Source: Paragordius varius
Lineage: Eukaryota > Animalia > Nematomorpha
Assembly: GCA_964247055.1 (NCBI GenBank)
Contig: OZ176050.1
Coordinates: forward strand, 6,758,001-6,822,000
Direction: 5' to 3'
Length of the DNA: 64,000 nucleotides
The notes beneath the pieces are model-generated. The model saw only the letters and a list, made by a program, of their open reading frames with translations, did not search any database and was not told the DNA's origin. This document shows, one piece after another, positions 63,511-64,000 of the stretch (within the stretch, counting starts at the first letter, position 1; each line of letters opens with the position of its first letter). The translations under genes and the position numbers were made by a program.

Positions 63511-64000
63511 CTGATAAAAAATTTACTAAAAAATAAATGACTAGTTTCTTGATATAAATAAAAAACTGAGACGTTAAAAAATATTTTGGATTCGTCCAAC
63601 GGAAGTTTAAACCATCACTATAAACCTAAGACATCGCATGAGACATGTTATCTCAAAGTTTAAATATATGAAAAATGTCAAGCATTAAGACATATTATAA
63701 AATTTGTTTATAATTAAATGTTAAATATGGTATGTGATATTTTTTCAGAATCAAGATATATTTCGACAGAAGCCATTTAGATATCAAAATATTTATTAAG
63801 AATAAGGAATTTTTATTTTAAAAATTATACCCAGTGATATCCAACATATAATTTTCGATATAATAATGGCCTTTTTGTATTATTATAGTTTGAATGCAAG
63901 ATCTCCAATATCATCGTTGCCCAATAACATATTAAATTTTCTTTATTCATATGACGCGCAATGTGATAAATCTATTCTTGGTACTATTTTTATATTATAT

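Noticed and set aside
1-64000. tRNA, rRNA or snRNA genes; assignment of the species (e.g. a dicyemid, because of intron size)
   Set aside because: No cloverleaf or recognisable rRNA/snRNA sequence was seen. Intron size alone cannot identify the taxon, and the long TE-rich introns do not fit a highly compact genome.

Overview
Very AT-rich eukaryotic genomic DNA, most likely from an invertebrate animal; the species cannot be determined from the sequence. It is not prokaryotic, so most short ORFs in the track are single exons or noise. Manual exon reconstruction gives nine spliced genes: the 3' end of LMAN2/VIP36, a CWC25-like gene lacking its N-terminus, a beta-1,4-galactosyltransferase-family gene predicted to be a GalNAc transferase, LRRC20, CHAF1B, RFWD3, VIRMA/virilizer, an orphan secreted Tyr/Asn/Gln/Pro-rich protein, and ZC3H12/Regnase-1. 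Between and inside the genes lie DNA transposon relics: two non-autonomous Helitrons with internal ~160-bp tandem arrays, a piggyBac relic and its TTAA-flanked MITEs, a hAT with an intact 8-bp TSD, a Charlie/SPIN-like hAT remnant, a PIF/Harbinger remnant and Tc1/mariner-like elements. The most striking signal is the intron architecture. Fifteen non-3n introns of 22-29 nt (14 GT-AG, one predicted GC-AG) are needed to keep reading frames open, 13 of them inside or next to homology-supported sequence. Three further in-frame candidates are 21-30 nt. These tiny introns cluster at the 5' ends of genes, while downstream introns of the same genes are mostly 80-4100 nt. All gene models are hand-built from splice signals and remembered protein motifs; no database search was run.
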